Shown: positions 26,242 through 40,630, counted from the first letter of the stretch. The stretch is 64,000 nt of DNA from Eledone cirrhosa (GCA_964016885.1 OZ024745.1:17732001-17796000); one strand, 5' to 3'. Notes: a model not told the origin generated them from the letters alone. Made by a program: numbers and translations.

Positions 26242-26709
26242 TGAAAGTTTAAGTAAGTTAATTTTTTTTTTATTTTTTTTTTAAATTTTCTTATTTTACG
26301 TCTTTTATATTATTGTTCTGCAACCTCCTGCATTGAACCACCTAGGTACTATGACATAACCTGTGTATTTGCTGGCATTAGCGTACATCTGTGCGCTTAT
26401 GTTAGTAGATATATTAAATTATCTATATTTATCTCCAAATCACTGACTTGTCGAGCAAACCTGCCAAAACCACTTCTAAATTGTTTGGGGGTGTTAGTAG
26501 GCGTCTGTCATCTTACCATCCCATTCCTACTGACTAGCCTCTGTGTCACGTGATTGATTCTTTAGAATCGGCCATATGACCAGTGGCAGTGAGAATTTTC
26601 AGTGCCTGGAACCCAGTCCTCGATAGCTGTTCCATTTACCGAATTATTATTATTTTTATATGAGTCCCCAGTGTCTGCGCATTGCCTGGAGACTTGGCTG
26701 AGAATAGAT

Positions 26710-26789
26710 CTCCCTGATGACGCAATGAAATTCTCAACAGTTCATTACGTAACTGTCTTTATCCCATTGCAGAAACTAATTAGTTGGAG
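26710..26789 (+). ncRNA. Family A hammerhead ribozyme
   Basis: Same motif, 548 bp downstream. Confidence 0.82.
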
Positions 26790-26996
26790 TGAAAATTTAA
26801 GTAAGTAAGTTATTTTTTTTTTTATTTTTTTTTTAAATTTTCTTATTTTACGTCTTTTATATTATTGTTCTGCATCCTCCTGCATTGAACCACCTAGGTA
26901 CTATGACATAACCTGTGTATTTGCTGGCATTAGCGTACATATGTGCGCTTATGTTAGTAGATATATTAAATTATCTATATATATATATATATATAT

Positions 26997-27034
<38 letters not shown>

Positions 27035-27036
<2 letters not shown>

Positions 27037-28010
27037 TTATTAAAATAACAGATTAAAGTTTAAGCAAAGAATCGCTGCTTTCACCCTTAACGGGATCTTC
27101 TGAAACTAACAAAGTCAATCCGTAAACGCAGAACTGGATATTTCAAAAAACGTTGCAACCGGAGGAAGACAGGAAGACGATACTTTGGTTCGTGGTAACG
27201 TTCGCTGGCAAAGAACGGGTAAAAATGAATAATACGTCATTAATAAGAGCGGTGAAAAACAATTACGCGCAAAGACAAAACCACGTTTATGGTATAAAAG
27301 AGTTCTTAGACTAATGTTCTCTTAAGTGGTACATAGAGACGTTCTCTGGCAATGAACGAAAAAACGACGATAATAAGTCATATTTGGAACGTGGAGAACA
27401 ATAGCACGCAAAGACAAAACCACGTAAATGGTATAGCAGAAATCGTAGAGTAAAATTCTAACTAGGAGACCAAATGAATCTCCGCTACAGAGTTAAGAAC
27501 AAAGTAAATAAATACAATACAGAAGTAATAGAAACAAATAAATACATACACGCAAACAGATACGTACATACACAAGCATACGCAAAACCTTACCATGGGT
27601 ATACAAAACCACGCACATATAAATATGTGTGTGTGTGTATGCTTGTGTACAATTAAATAAATAATTATATAAACGTATATAAGTAAATAAATACGTATAT
27701 AACAAGCGCACACGCATACCTACATATAAATACACGAATGTTCGGAGACGTAAGTCAACTAAAACAAGAAGTACACATATACACACACCCACCATACGTA
27801 CGAACCTGCACACTGACGCGGACGCAAAACTCCCGTATACACATAACCAAACCCTAAATACCAGGATATGTAAAAATTATACGCTATAACAGTCAAATAT
27901 ACGTACGAGAAGGTATACATACCTTCACAAAACATACAGGTAATATATACTTACCTATGCAAATAAGTAAAGGAATAAACAAAACATATACTTAGCTCCC
28001 ACATCAAGAC
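27035..28010 (-). mobile_element. Family C HHR element, longest copy in the window
   Basis: Shared terminus ATTTATTAAAATAACAGATTAAAG at (TA)n; homologous to 22045-22830; right boundary approximate. Confidence 0.75.
27057..27107 (-). ncRNA. Family C hammerhead ribozyme (CAGAAGA core)
   Basis: Reverse complement AGTTT-CAGAAGA-T-CCC/GTTAA/GGG-T-GAAA-GCA/GCGATTCTT/TGC-TT-AAACT; all three stems pair. Confidence 0.72.
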
Positions 28011-28156
28011 GTAAAATATCCACGTATAGATCGTGCTATCCGTTAGGGTATAACGTGGGGCTGTAATACAGGAAAGTTTTGTGCAATTTATGTTTACAAG
28101 CCGAAATTGCCTCAGATTTTTTGTTTAAGATGTGGTCTGTAGCGTAGAGTATATGT

Positions 28157-29030
28157 GGTTTTCATTCTTTCTAACATCGGATTCACTAGCGAAAGGTCTG
28201 TTTTCTGACTCGCTCATATATTCACACAGCTTATGCTGAAAGAATAACTATGTTGCTTGTGTTTATTTCCATCTTCGGTTAGCTTCCCCCCTGTGTTGTT
28301 TACTTGTCTCACTCGCTTTACGCGTTTCTATTGTCCTAATAACTTATTTTAGTTATTATCGCTCCAACGTGAGGTATATGATTTTTAATGCGATGAAATA
28401 CCCATGATCGTTTGGTATATCACTGATGAGGGACTCATTTTATAACATGTTATCCATGTGAAACCACCAGTTTTCTTCTCACCCATATTTTCATATATTT
28501 ACCCAAACTGCAATTCTCTGTTTCTCTCTTTCTCTCTTACTGCTCCCTCGTTCTCTCTGTTTCTCTTACTTTCTTTCGTCCCCTCTGCCATGTCAGTTAA
28601 CTCTTTCTCTCTACTGACCTCTTCCTCGCACTCCCACTCACTCAGTCCCTGTTTCTCCCCTTCTTTCTTCCTCCCGTTCGCTGGGAAAACGGTTTTCATT
28701 CTTTCTAACACCGGATTCACTAGCGAAAGGTCTGTTTTCTGACTCTCTCATATATTCACACAGCTTATGCTGAAAGAATAACTATGTTGCTTGTGTTTAT
28801 TTCCATCTTCGGTTAGCTTCCCCCTGTGTTGTTTACTTGTCTCACTCGCTTTACGCATTTCTATTGTCCTAATAACTTATTTTAGTTATTATCGCTCCAA
28901 CGTGAGGTATATGATGTTTAATGCGATGAAATACCCATGATCGTTTGGTAAATCACTGATGAGGGACTCATTTTATAACATGTTACCCATGTGCAGCCAG
29001 CAGTTTTCTTCTCACCCATATTTTCATATA
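28157..29030 (+). repeat. Partial tandem duplication, 534-bp period (~1.6 units), ending in (TA)n
   Basis: GGTTTTCATTCTTTCTAACA..GGATTCACTAGCG at 28157 and 28691. Confidence 0.85.
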
Positions 29031-31952
29031 TACATATATATATATATACATATATATATGCATTTGTGTGCGAGCAGGTATGGGTGTCCGTGTGCTTATA
29101 TATGAGGGTTAAAAGGAATCTAAATGAAATTCTTTAGTTGATTGACGAACTGGAATATTATTTTCCTGAAATAATAATCATTACAGTTTACCGAATCTAT
29201 TTCAAATTTTCTATTCAAAGATGGTAAACATTTACCTCTACATGAATGCACACTAATAATTAATAAAACAAAAATATTAATCGATATTATTCGTGCTTCT
29301 CAGTTAATTACAATGAAGCTGTAGTGAAAATATAGCCACAAATATATACCATTTATCAATTAACCACTACTACAGAAATTGAAGCAAATATCAAAATCAC
29401 TGATTTCTTAAAACCACAGTTAAATGAAACACATCGAATTTTACTGTATCCCTAAATCAATGGTTATCAAACTGCGAGCTGTGTTGTGATCCTATTATAT
29501 TAGAGGGACTTAATTGATTATTCACTATAGTTAATTATCACGGGGGGCTCAGGAAATTGTGAGCAAGTGGAAAGACAAATATTTCTCTCACAAATTACTC
29601 TCAACAAACCTTAATTCTTTGAAATTCAAAGTATCTAGAATGACACATGCAATTCCCAAATTTCAATTCAAAATTAATTAAACTTTAAAAAAAAAACATG
29701 TGATACTATTTCTAAAACGAATATAAAATTATTCATCATGTTTCTTATACAAATGCATGTATCCAATTATATTACATTTTGCTGAACTAAACGCAAGCAA
29801 TTATTACTTACTTTTGTTTTAATTCTTTGATTTTCATTCGTGCTTTGATTTAATCAATTTGTCACATGTGCTGAGGGGGAAATATTCGTAATTGAAAAGA
29901 GTTTCATGTAAGATATAACAAATATTCAATAACTTACAAATTGATGTTGTATTTTCTTCAAATACTTTCTGTACATACACGTTACATAAAAAAAACAATA
30001 AAATAATTGCATTTTCAATAATCAGTTTAAAGGATGTTCAATGAATATAAGAAAAATTCCAATTTAATGCAATTAAATCTAAAATCATAAATAATTTCAA
30101 ATATCTTGAAAAATATATTAAAATCTAATGCTGAATTGTATTAAGCAGGAATCGGATAATATTTTACGAGATTCTTTCAGTCGACTGTAGCTATATTGTG
30201 ACACTTTCCTTACATATACATTGGATTATATCGTCAACGTCCGTTATCGAACAGCTCCTATTTGTATCGATCGTATGATGAACGGAAAATAAACCTAGGT
30301 GTCATTTAAATTTAGTATGTAAAGAAGTATACACAAATACTGATTTATCGTTTCTATCACGGGTATTTTACAGATTAAAACATTTATATTTGGAAACATT
30401 TGTGTATGCTTCAGCTATCACAATTTTCGAGAAGATTTGTGGATTCACAAAACAGAAATTAACTGTTAGAAATAAAGGCGCATTTATTATATCAATTTCT
30501 TAAGTTGTTATTTTCTGAAATGTTGACAGGTTTTTGTGCAATAATGAGCTTCAGAATACTTGCAAATATACTTATGAGTGAAGTAAATATGTATATTTGT
30601 ACAAACCTAGATAAAACTACTAAAATTGTACGCCATATAAACCTGCATGCAGAAAAACAGTCATTATTAATTGGTGATTCAATGTGAATAGGTTTTCTTA
30701 ATTATATAATATTAAACGCACCATTGGTTCAACGGCAATAGCAGTACTATCTTCTAAGATGGAATATGCCTGACCGAATTTGATGACGTTTGTAAATTTC
30801 ATATATCTATTTATATGTTAACGTATGCATATCAGGCGATTTCTATTATACATACAAATTTCTAAAGCATCGATTCTTGTTAATAATGTTTCGATAGAGG
30901 GAAACCATTGCGCTTCGTCCTGAACACATTTGAGGATGCTCTATATAATTAATTATAGTTGATTGTAAAAAGACTCAGAACATTTATGACTATGATTTCA
31001 CCACTGATTCGATTCATTACTGATGGAATAAAATTATATTCTTTGATTATTTGACAGCCAACATATCATAAACAATATTAAATATTGAATGATATTTCTT
31101 CAGCAAAATCAGAAAGCGTAAATTAGATTCTAGATTTAAGATTGCATACTCGTCTCGATCCATTAAATTTATTTAACAACCACTAATGTATATACTGCTT
31201 CAAATTAACGTTCATTATGGCGAGTATTAATTCAATACTAAACATTTATGTGGCATACATATTAATAAATGTTTCGAAATGATTTACCACTTTACCACTC
31301 AGTAAGGTGAAATTAGATTTCTGCAAATGTACCTTCCAAACCCTTATTAGTCATATTGGGGACACTGCAGTCCGCTTCAGAGAGTAAAATTAATTGAAAT
31401 GGTCTTACTGATAAACTGAAATATTTAATGGGAGATTATAAATATGATAAAAGAAGGAGTGACGAGCGCATATATCGGGGCTACATTGATACACAGATTC
31501 CTTCATATGAGTAGAAGACAGACCAGATTAGGAGCATTCTAGATTCATTTAATGATGTGGTAATAATAAAATGCGTTTTTTGGCACTGTACCAAATACTG
31601 TAGCTAAAGTGCTATTTACTTCCTTTTAAGTTAACTATTGAAGCCTCACATGTTTCCCATAGCAGAAGACCTATCTCGTCATTTATAACGCTATTATAGC
31701 TATAATGTATGACCGCAATGTAGAATACGTAGATGGCATTACCTATAAATAGTACGAGTATGCCCTAAATATAGATAGCGGAATGAGAACAATCTGGCTT
31801 CACGCGTTCAATAAGTGTTCGATTTCGAAAATCCGAGAAGTTTGCTGAATATGACAAACATTTAAAGCAGACAATTAACTACCACAACTAAACTGATATT
31901 ACCGTAGCAATCGGGAAAATGATCTTAGTTCGAATATATGCATGTATAATAA

Positions 31953-32135
31953 CTGTTTCTACTTTTGGCACAAGGCCAGCAATTATTCCAGTGCATTACT
32001 AGTACTTTATTGTATGGACCCCGTAACGATGAAAGGCAAAGTTAACCTCGGCGGGATTTGAACTCAGATCATAAAGGGAGATAACTCTATTCTTCAAAGC
32101 ATGGTGTCCGACCCTCTACCGATACTGCCAATCCG
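31953..32135 (-). mobile_element. OK-like SINE
   Basis: Reverse complement of 8523-8710. Confidence 0.88.
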
Positions 32136-32235
32136 AGAAATTTAGAGAAAACCTTCCTTATAGGGTAACGCAGATTTCGTGAGTTTGTATGAGAGTTGAT
32201 CATATAGATATTTGAAATTCTATCAACATATATTT

Positions 32236-32370
32236 AAGGCAGTGGATTGCTCGTTAGATCGTCACATAGAATGTTTGCGCTATTTGTACCGGCTCTCTGT
32301 TGTGTGAGTTCAAATATCTCCACGGTTAACTTTCCCATTCATCGATTCGAGATCGATAAAAAATACTAAT
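32236..32370 (+). mobile_element. Older, diverged OK-like SINE
   Basis: AAGGCAGTGGATTG...GAGTTCAAAT...GGTTAACTTTCCCATTCATC...ATCGATAAAA. Confidence 0.55.
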
Positions 32371-33412
32371 CATGTACTGATGTTGATTCTAGCAATACCT
32401 CTCTTTCTTACATTCTCTTATTCTCTCAGTTTCTCTGGACGAAATCTGCTGTTTTCTTATCTGGAGAGGTGCTCCACCAGCGTTACAAATGACCTAGATA
32501 TGCCATATATCAATACGATGCCCCTACCACTCACTCAGGTGTTACATTCATGCATAACACATTTTTGTTTCATGTTAGTAATACGAAACGTGTGAATGCC
32601 GCATAATACATTTCTTGTCGCAACTTGTGAAGGGGAAATAAATATTCCGAATGAAGTTGGGAGATATATCATCTTACGATGAGATAATATCTAGTGAAAT
32701 ATATAACTTAAAATTTCTTCCAAGACAAACATTAGAATGTAGTGATCTTGTAACACTTTTCCATTTAGAGACTATAAGAACTTATTCAAAACTTTGTTTT
32801 ATTATTCACACTGCCTTATTCCCATTGGCAGATAAAGTTTACAATTACTTCAGTTCTCTTTATGCGTGCAGGAAGAAAATACTCATGAGAAAGTAAAATG
32901 TAAAAGCTGTACAATAGTCTCAACTGATTTCAACATTTCTTCATGACAACGAGTATATAGTAACTATAGATATATCACAATTTATTTTCTCCCAATGAAG
33001 TCAGCTTTAAAGAACTGAAAATCTATTTATTTTCTTGTTGTTAACTACAATGAGCATCCGTGTAAAACATAGTGCTACAGAAAACATCTATTAAGTATTA
33101 CTTCTCGGTTATATCAACTCGACATAAATAAAAGTTACCATGAAGGAGATTGGAATATTTCCCACCGGATTTCTTCAAAATTCAGCAGTATTCACGTGCA
33201 TCTACTTATACTGAGATAAGCTGAAATTTCCAATATGTATGTAACATCAATTGCATTCTAGCCTTTATTTCGTAAAAGGAACTCGCACTGTTCAATAGCA
33301 ATTTCCAAATATTCACGAGAACACCAAGTAAATATACCTGTGTTTGTATATAAATGTGTATGTGTTTTATGTACATCGTATGTATTTATGTATGTAAGCA
33401 GAAACACACACA

Positions 33413-33471
<59 letters not shown>

Positions 33472-35605
33472 TGGCTGCCAACTCGTTTTCGAGTACGGCC
33501 ACTACTTTATATCTATGTAGGAGAACCCCTACCGATGGGCTGAACAAGTGTGACATTTTAGTCCACCCAGGGACTTGAAAACTCTGGTACAAACACTACA
33601 CTTGTGACAATTATTGACTCATAGTGCTGGGCCCATGGTACCATGTGACGACAAGTGCAGAGAGATCTCCAGATATAAAACAATGCCTGTGCCATGAAGC
33701 TTTTATAGGGAGCAAAGGCACTGCACAAAGCCAGTGCCACTCTCTTAACCAAGATAATATTTACCAAAAAGAACAAGTCAACATCATTGGATACCATCAG
33801 GGTTGCTGGTGCTATATCAGAGTTTTCCTTCTCCTATAATTCTGCCTTGACAAAGGCTAAGGGGTCATCTCTCCCGGTGATTTTGGATGGCCATTGATTC
33901 TTAAGAGCTCCTTTGAATCTATACGTGTATCTATGTGAGCATATATGTATATGTGTGTGTGTGCGAATATGGGAATATATATGCACGTGTTATACATACT
34001 CTTACACCTCATTATAAGAATTTATTGTTGCAAAATAATGTGGCATGGTTTGAAATGGGTTTAAATGAAGAAATAAATTCCACATGGCGATCTATTGGAA
34101 GGTCGCAGTATTTAGTCTTTAATACCACATTTACTCTTTCTCCTGTTTCGAATTGCTATTGTATGAATTTATTCGACGGTAATTTCTATATTATAGCATC
34201 ATGGAGACTAGTTCAGACTTATCTTAGACACTGATATTATTATATTCCACAATAGAGATTAAATAAAATCACAAAATGAGATAGAATGAATGAAATTCAT
34301 TTTTATATACTTTGTTAGTGGGAATATATTTCCGATTTTTAGGCAAACGTAAAAGTAAGATCATGTATAAAAGAGTTGTAATCTCGCGTTTTACCGAAAT
34401 CTTATAAATGTTTATTGTTAGTTCTATAAAAAATGAAACTTCGATTTATTTCGATTGTCTATCTAAAATGTATAAAATGTGTTAGTAGACACGGCATGAA
34501 CAAATGATTAAGAGGTTCGATTTGCTATCATTAAGTCCACTGCTTGGTACATTAGGAAATTATCATTGAACATACCCCACGTTCGATCCATTCCTTGTGA
34601 TTGAAACTTTGTAGACAGAAACTATTTCGAAGCCCAAAGGCGAGACAGTACCTCCAGGCCAGAATTCTCATGGTCTGCTTTCATTGAGATGTTATGACGA
34701 AAACTAAATGGGATTAATATATATCAATATTTTTATTTGTACATGATATGCGTAGAGATTAGAGATGGAAGGCTAATGTGAAATGATAGAATCCAGAATC
34801 ATCATAGAGTCTTTCGGAAGATATGGCTTGCGGTCTTTAATTCGTGCTTAGTTTTAATCCTGCCTTGGTGATCTATCATACTTAGCCCATTATCCGATTT
34901 ACCGCCAATGGATAATTGATGGATTCCTCTGTTGCAAAAATTTCAGATCCTGCAGTTACCCCTTTCTCCTGATATGAAGATAGAAAAACACTGACATATA
35001 AACGGAGGCAACAAATGAAGAAATCTCCCCACCAAACATTGCTTTAAATTCCTGCATGGAAATAAGTACGAGACTCTCAACATATAAACCTATTGGCGTA
35101 GAAACAAGTATATTATATGCTATGAAAACAACCATCATTCCAATAACAAGGATTATTCGGAATAATATTGATAGGCCTAAAATATTGATGTTATGCAACC
35201 ATACTCAAGTTTGCAACATAACTAGTTAAACTATGCATATCACTTAGATATACAAGAAAAATTATACACAGTTTTATTCATTAGTTGAAGTCACCATATA
35301 TGCACTATTGAATCTCAATATTATACACAACTATAATACCAAAAAAGAATACGAACTAACTTAAATCGACACGTGTTTTATACAATCATATTCCAATAAT
35401 TGTATATACACTACACAAAATGTAAGAGAAGACAATAAATCAAACATTAGAATAAAAAATGCATGCGAAAATTAGAAAATGCCATATGTTTCAATAACAG
35501 ATAGCCATATGTGAAGTTTCCAAACAAAAAAAAAACTCTATTTTTATATTTTCATATCATTCAAGCATTGTGGTTATTCATACTAACCTTATTCTTATCA
35601 TTAAG

Positions 35606-36195
35606 TGTTTCTACTTTTGGCACAAGGCCAGCAATTATTCCAGTGTATTACTGGCTTTTTATTTTATCGACCCCGTAGGGGTGAAAAGCAAACTTAACCT
35701 CGGCGGGAATTGAACTCAGAATGGCAAGGGCCGTAACTCTATGCGTCAAAGCATGGCGTCTGACCCTCTACCGATACTGCAAATCCACCGCTGATAATAA
35801 TAATAATTGTTTCTACTTTTGGCACAAGGCCAGCAATTATCCCAGTGTATTACTGGTACTTTATTTTATCGACCCCGTAAAGATGAAAGGCAAAGTTAAC
35901 CTCGGCGGGATTTGAACTCAGAATGGAAAGGGCCGTAACTCTATGCGTCAAAGCATGGCGTCTGACCCTCTACCGATACTGCAAATCCACCGCTGATAAT
36001 AATAATAATTGTTTCTACTTTTGGCACAAGGCCAGCAATTATCCCAGTGTATTACTGGTACTTTATTTTATCGACCCCGTAAGGATGAAAGGCAAAGTTA
36101 ACCTCGGCGGGATTTGAAATCAGAATGGAAAGGGCCGTAACTCTATGCGTCAAAGCATGGCGTCTGACCCTCTACCGATACTGCCATCCACCGCC
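35606..36195 (-). mobile_element. Head-to-tail trimer of OK-like SINE (202-bp period)
   Basis: Three consecutive copies; a single TATCATTAA duplication flanks the whole array (35596-35604 and 36196-36204). Confidence 0.9.
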
Positions 36196-37129
36196 TATCA
36201 TTAATGTACGTATTTTCTCTCGAAATACGTAGGATTATACTTAAATCTGTCAATAGCTAAAATATGGCGTTATATTTGCTGTGCATTTGTTACATATAAT
36301 CAATCAAATGTAGACAAAACAATATATTGTTGGCGCCCATTCTTATACTGAAATATATTACGTATAAAATTTGAAGTACTTTGACATTTCACTATTATTT
36401 TAAATTCAATATTTCATTCAATTCAAATTCAGGTTATTCATGAAAACAGATGACATTATAACAGAGTTGTGCATCATTCGGCCAAAATAAAGAAATATAC
36501 ACACTACTAGAAGCATATATGACAATAAATGTTCATACGCCAATTATAGACGAATTTTAATATTTCCAATTACGATGTCATATTTGTATAGGGATGTTGT
36601 TAGTTTAAGGAGATATTTTGTTTAGATATGTACTTCCATTATTTTAAAATATATATGTATATATATAATAACTAGAAATTGATTAACATATAAATAAACA
36701 TGAATAATCACAGATAGCTAGGTAGGTAACTAAATAAAGTTAACCAGAACTTCAAAAATAGATACCTTATAATATGATTATTCTTCCCTGTATATATTCC
36801 ATTAAAGAAATATATTTCACCAATTAATCAAATGGTAAACCATGGAGGCCGGTACTTGGATTTTCAACAAGGAAGAAGTTCAGCGATCTATGTTTACACT
36901 TCAAGTTCAAATCAGCGACTGGCCAGCAACACGTGCTGTATCTACTAGAAATACACACATTATACCAGCTTCGTCACATGTTTATTCATGTTTATTTATA
37001 TGTTTATCAATTTCTAGTTATTATAAAATGCTCGGACCTATTCGTTAGAATCTTAGAGCTTATTTTGCGGGTGATATTGCGCATGTCTTTCTGGCATGGC
37101 ACCCATAACTTTGATTAACTTAATTTTGG

Positions 37130-37665
<536 letters not shown>

Positions 37666-37744
37666 AACTAATATTAACATGTGTACTACCTCTTCGATTC
37701 CAAGTTGTTTTCTTTTGTTTTCTGTTTACTGTCTCAACTTTAAG

Positions 37745-37840
<96 letters not shown>

Positions 37841-38277
37841 GTGTGTGTGTGTGTGCGTGTGTGTGTGCGTGTGTGTGTGTGTGTGTGCGTGTGTGTGTGC
37901 GTGTGTGTGTGTGTGTGTGCGTGAATAAAATGTCTATGCGCTATCATTAGAAACCTAATGGTATAAAGTTGGTCTCACATATAATTTAAATGTCGAAATA
38001 TGGCAATGATATTGAAAAGATTGCAATATATAATATAAAAAGATTTCTAGCATTACTCACAACATATGGTTTGGAAGATTCTATCTATGTCATCTGGCTT
38101 TTGACAGTTGCATTACATTCTTTCTCAGTAAATAACATTTAACTACATGAAAACCTTCATGTGGCCAAATTTCAAAAATATATATTATGAATGTTTTTGG
38201 TTATTTAATTAATGATAGATGGAATTTCTTGGACTACTTCTCATATAGACAGCAAACCTATTGACCAAATTTCAATA

Positions 38278-38506
38278 CATGTAGACGCACGTTCAAATGT
38301 TGAATTTTTAAACACCCGATTCGTTAAACTTTGTTAGTAAAAATGTGTAATCGTCGCTCTTAGGTCGCATACCCTCTGGGATTTGACCGACCGCAATTTA
38401 AAACGGCTAAATCGACGATAACATACTTCTAACAAAGTTTATGGAAGCCTAAATTAACGAATCGGGTGTTTGACAATACAACAACATTTGGAAGTGCGTC
38501 TACATG
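38278..38506. mobile_element. MITE-like imperfect palindrome (~230 bp)
   Basis: Terminal CATGTAGACGCAC / GTGCGTCTACATG plus internal inverted blocks AAACACCCGATTCGTTAA / TTAACGAATCGGGTGTTT and AAACTTTGTTAG / CTAACAAAGTTT. Confidence 0.65.
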
Positions 38507-38753
38507 TGAGAACACATATCTGAGGAGTTCCCGATTCAAGAGTCAGGGTCAAACATTATTCGATAGTTCCTCGAGCTGATCGGCACTGAAACATATGTAA
38601 TATCTAATTAAATATGTATTATATGTATTTGTTCCCGTTTATTATTATTATTGATACTTGGCTGACCAACAGCATCGATGGCCAATCTTGGCAAACCGCC
38701 TGTGATCGCAATTCAATTACACATATGCTATATATATATATATATATATATAT

Positions 38754-38975
38754 ATTAGTATTGGTGCTATAAAATAGCGATGTATACATAAATGTATGTT
38801 TAATATACAGTATTTGTCAATATAGCGTATGTTTAATTAAAAATATTTAGAAGACCATTCACTATCATTTTAAAAGTAGTGACTATGTCACTTACTTATA
38901 TTTTCTGCAAAGGCTGGGAGAGTGGGTGACAGCTGTTTCTCGCTACTTGGCGTTTATCAAAGCCACGCACTCACC

Positions 38976-38978
<3 letters not shown>
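38754..38978 (-). mobile_element. Diverged family B relative with degenerate HHR
   Basis: Start resembles 2831 and 57661; minus strand GTGGCT-TTGATAA-..CGC..GCG..-GAAA-CAGCTG-TC-ACCCAC; flanked by (TA)n. Confidence 0.6.
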
Positions 38979-39036
<58 letters not shown>

Positions 39037-39189
39037 ACCTGTTATTTTTATCTAAAGACATTTTCTCTAATCCAAACCCGCCCGTTCCTTCAATCTATTT
39101 TATTTTTCATTCTTTCTTCTGATGAAGAAACCGATAACCTAATATATTTCCATATACTGTACCGAATATGTTGTTATTTCTCTTTACCT

Positions 39190-39262
<73 letters not shown>

Positions 39263-39267
<5 letters not shown>

Positions 39268-39812
39268 TATGTATACAGACGTACAGTAGTATGTATATAT
39301 ATATATATACATACATGCACACATATATATATATATGTACGCATGGATTCACCGTACATTTATTATAATGCTCGGTGTGTTTGTAAACAAACATCCCGTA
39401 TTAAGCCGTAGTGTCTAGCAACCAGCGTTACTCATTTGTTTAACATTGACAAAGGAACACTGTACTAGTTTCAACCTTATTAGATATCGTCAGCAACGTA
39501 TACCTTCCTGCCAGATGATTGAACGTCTGAAAGTATATACTTTCCTTATGCATATTAACGGCTGAGCAGCCCAATTTGCATATCGAGTGAGTTAATCAGC
39601 CGGGTACCGAAAACGATAAACGGAAAAGATGAAACGAAATTTCATTTCTCACTCTTACTACGCCTGTTACTTAAATATAAGTATGTATACGTACATACAT
39701 ATATGTATACAGACGTACAGTAGTATGTATATATATATACACATCAAGCATTATAATAAATGTTCGGTGAATCCATACGTACATATATATATGTGTGCAT
39801 GTATGTATGTAT
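39263..39812 (-). mobile_element. Family D HHR element (~434-bp unit, ~1.1 units) with short inverted arm
   Basis: GTATACAGACGTACAGTAGT at 39271 and 39705; ~39748-39812 is the inverse of ~39305-39370; homologous to 49280-49630 and 41325-41435. Confidence 0.75.
39457..39499 (-). ncRNA. Family D minimal hammerhead ribozyme
   Basis: Reverse complement ACGTTG-CTGACGA-T-ATCT/AATA/AGGT-T-GAAA-CTAG-TA-CAGTGT; all stems pair with G-U allowed. Confidence 0.8.
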
Positions 39813-40448
39813 AGAAAAAAGTATGACGCCGAAATAGAGTTGGAAATAGGAAAAAGTATGACCCCAGAAATAGCCGTTGAAACGGCTTGAGCTCTGCCTT
39901 CGGGTCATACTTTTTCCTATTTATATATATATACATTTATATTTGTTTTCTTCTTTAACATGGTGAAACATATTTTCTGAAAGATAGAATAGAACCCAAC
40001 GAATACATATAAAGTACCTTTTTCCCTTTGCATTGTTCTGGATATATTCTATGGATCATATCTATGTTTTTTTATGAGCGTATGTAAAGATATAAAAACA
40101 ATAAACTACTCAGAAGATATGTGTTTTGTTATATGTTTTACTTAGTTTCTCTATATATTCGCATAGATTTTTTTTCCCGAGATATAGAAATTTACTTCCA
40201 TTATAGACGTTTAAGATATAAAGAAAAAAAAAGGATACGTTGTTAAGGTCACTTGCACTTTCCATTTTGTGTCCTTTTTTATTTTCCGAATATTTCCACC
40301 CACTAGAAAGATGTAAATGTGGCTTAATATATAAATATATAACTGTGTAGGGAGGACACATATGTGTGTGTTTGTGTGTATGCACAGACATACACACATA
40401 TATATATATATATTTATGCATATGTGTGTGTATGCACACGCACACACG

Positions 40449-40630
<182 letters not shown>

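Larger units (their letters stand above)
24357..26975. mobile_element. Family A retrozyme-like array: ~550-bp units, ~2.0 units on minus + ~2.7 units on plus
   Basis: Periods of 552 and 548 bp measured between HHRs; inversion junction ~25476; (TA)n at both ends; one HHR per unit. Confidence 0.9.

Noticed and set aside
24394-26808. Repeated 68-aa ORF in family A units
   Set aside because: Non-ATG start, broken by a stop in the 26.1-kb unit, different N-terminus in other variants; conservation is explained by the overlapping HHR
28395-28470. Hammerhead in the 534-bp repeat (CTGATGA and GAAA both present)
   Set aside because: No arrangement gives all three stems in any HHR topology that I could find by eye
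35721-36117. Duplicated 64-aa ORFs
   Set aside because: Antisense translations of tandem SINE copies
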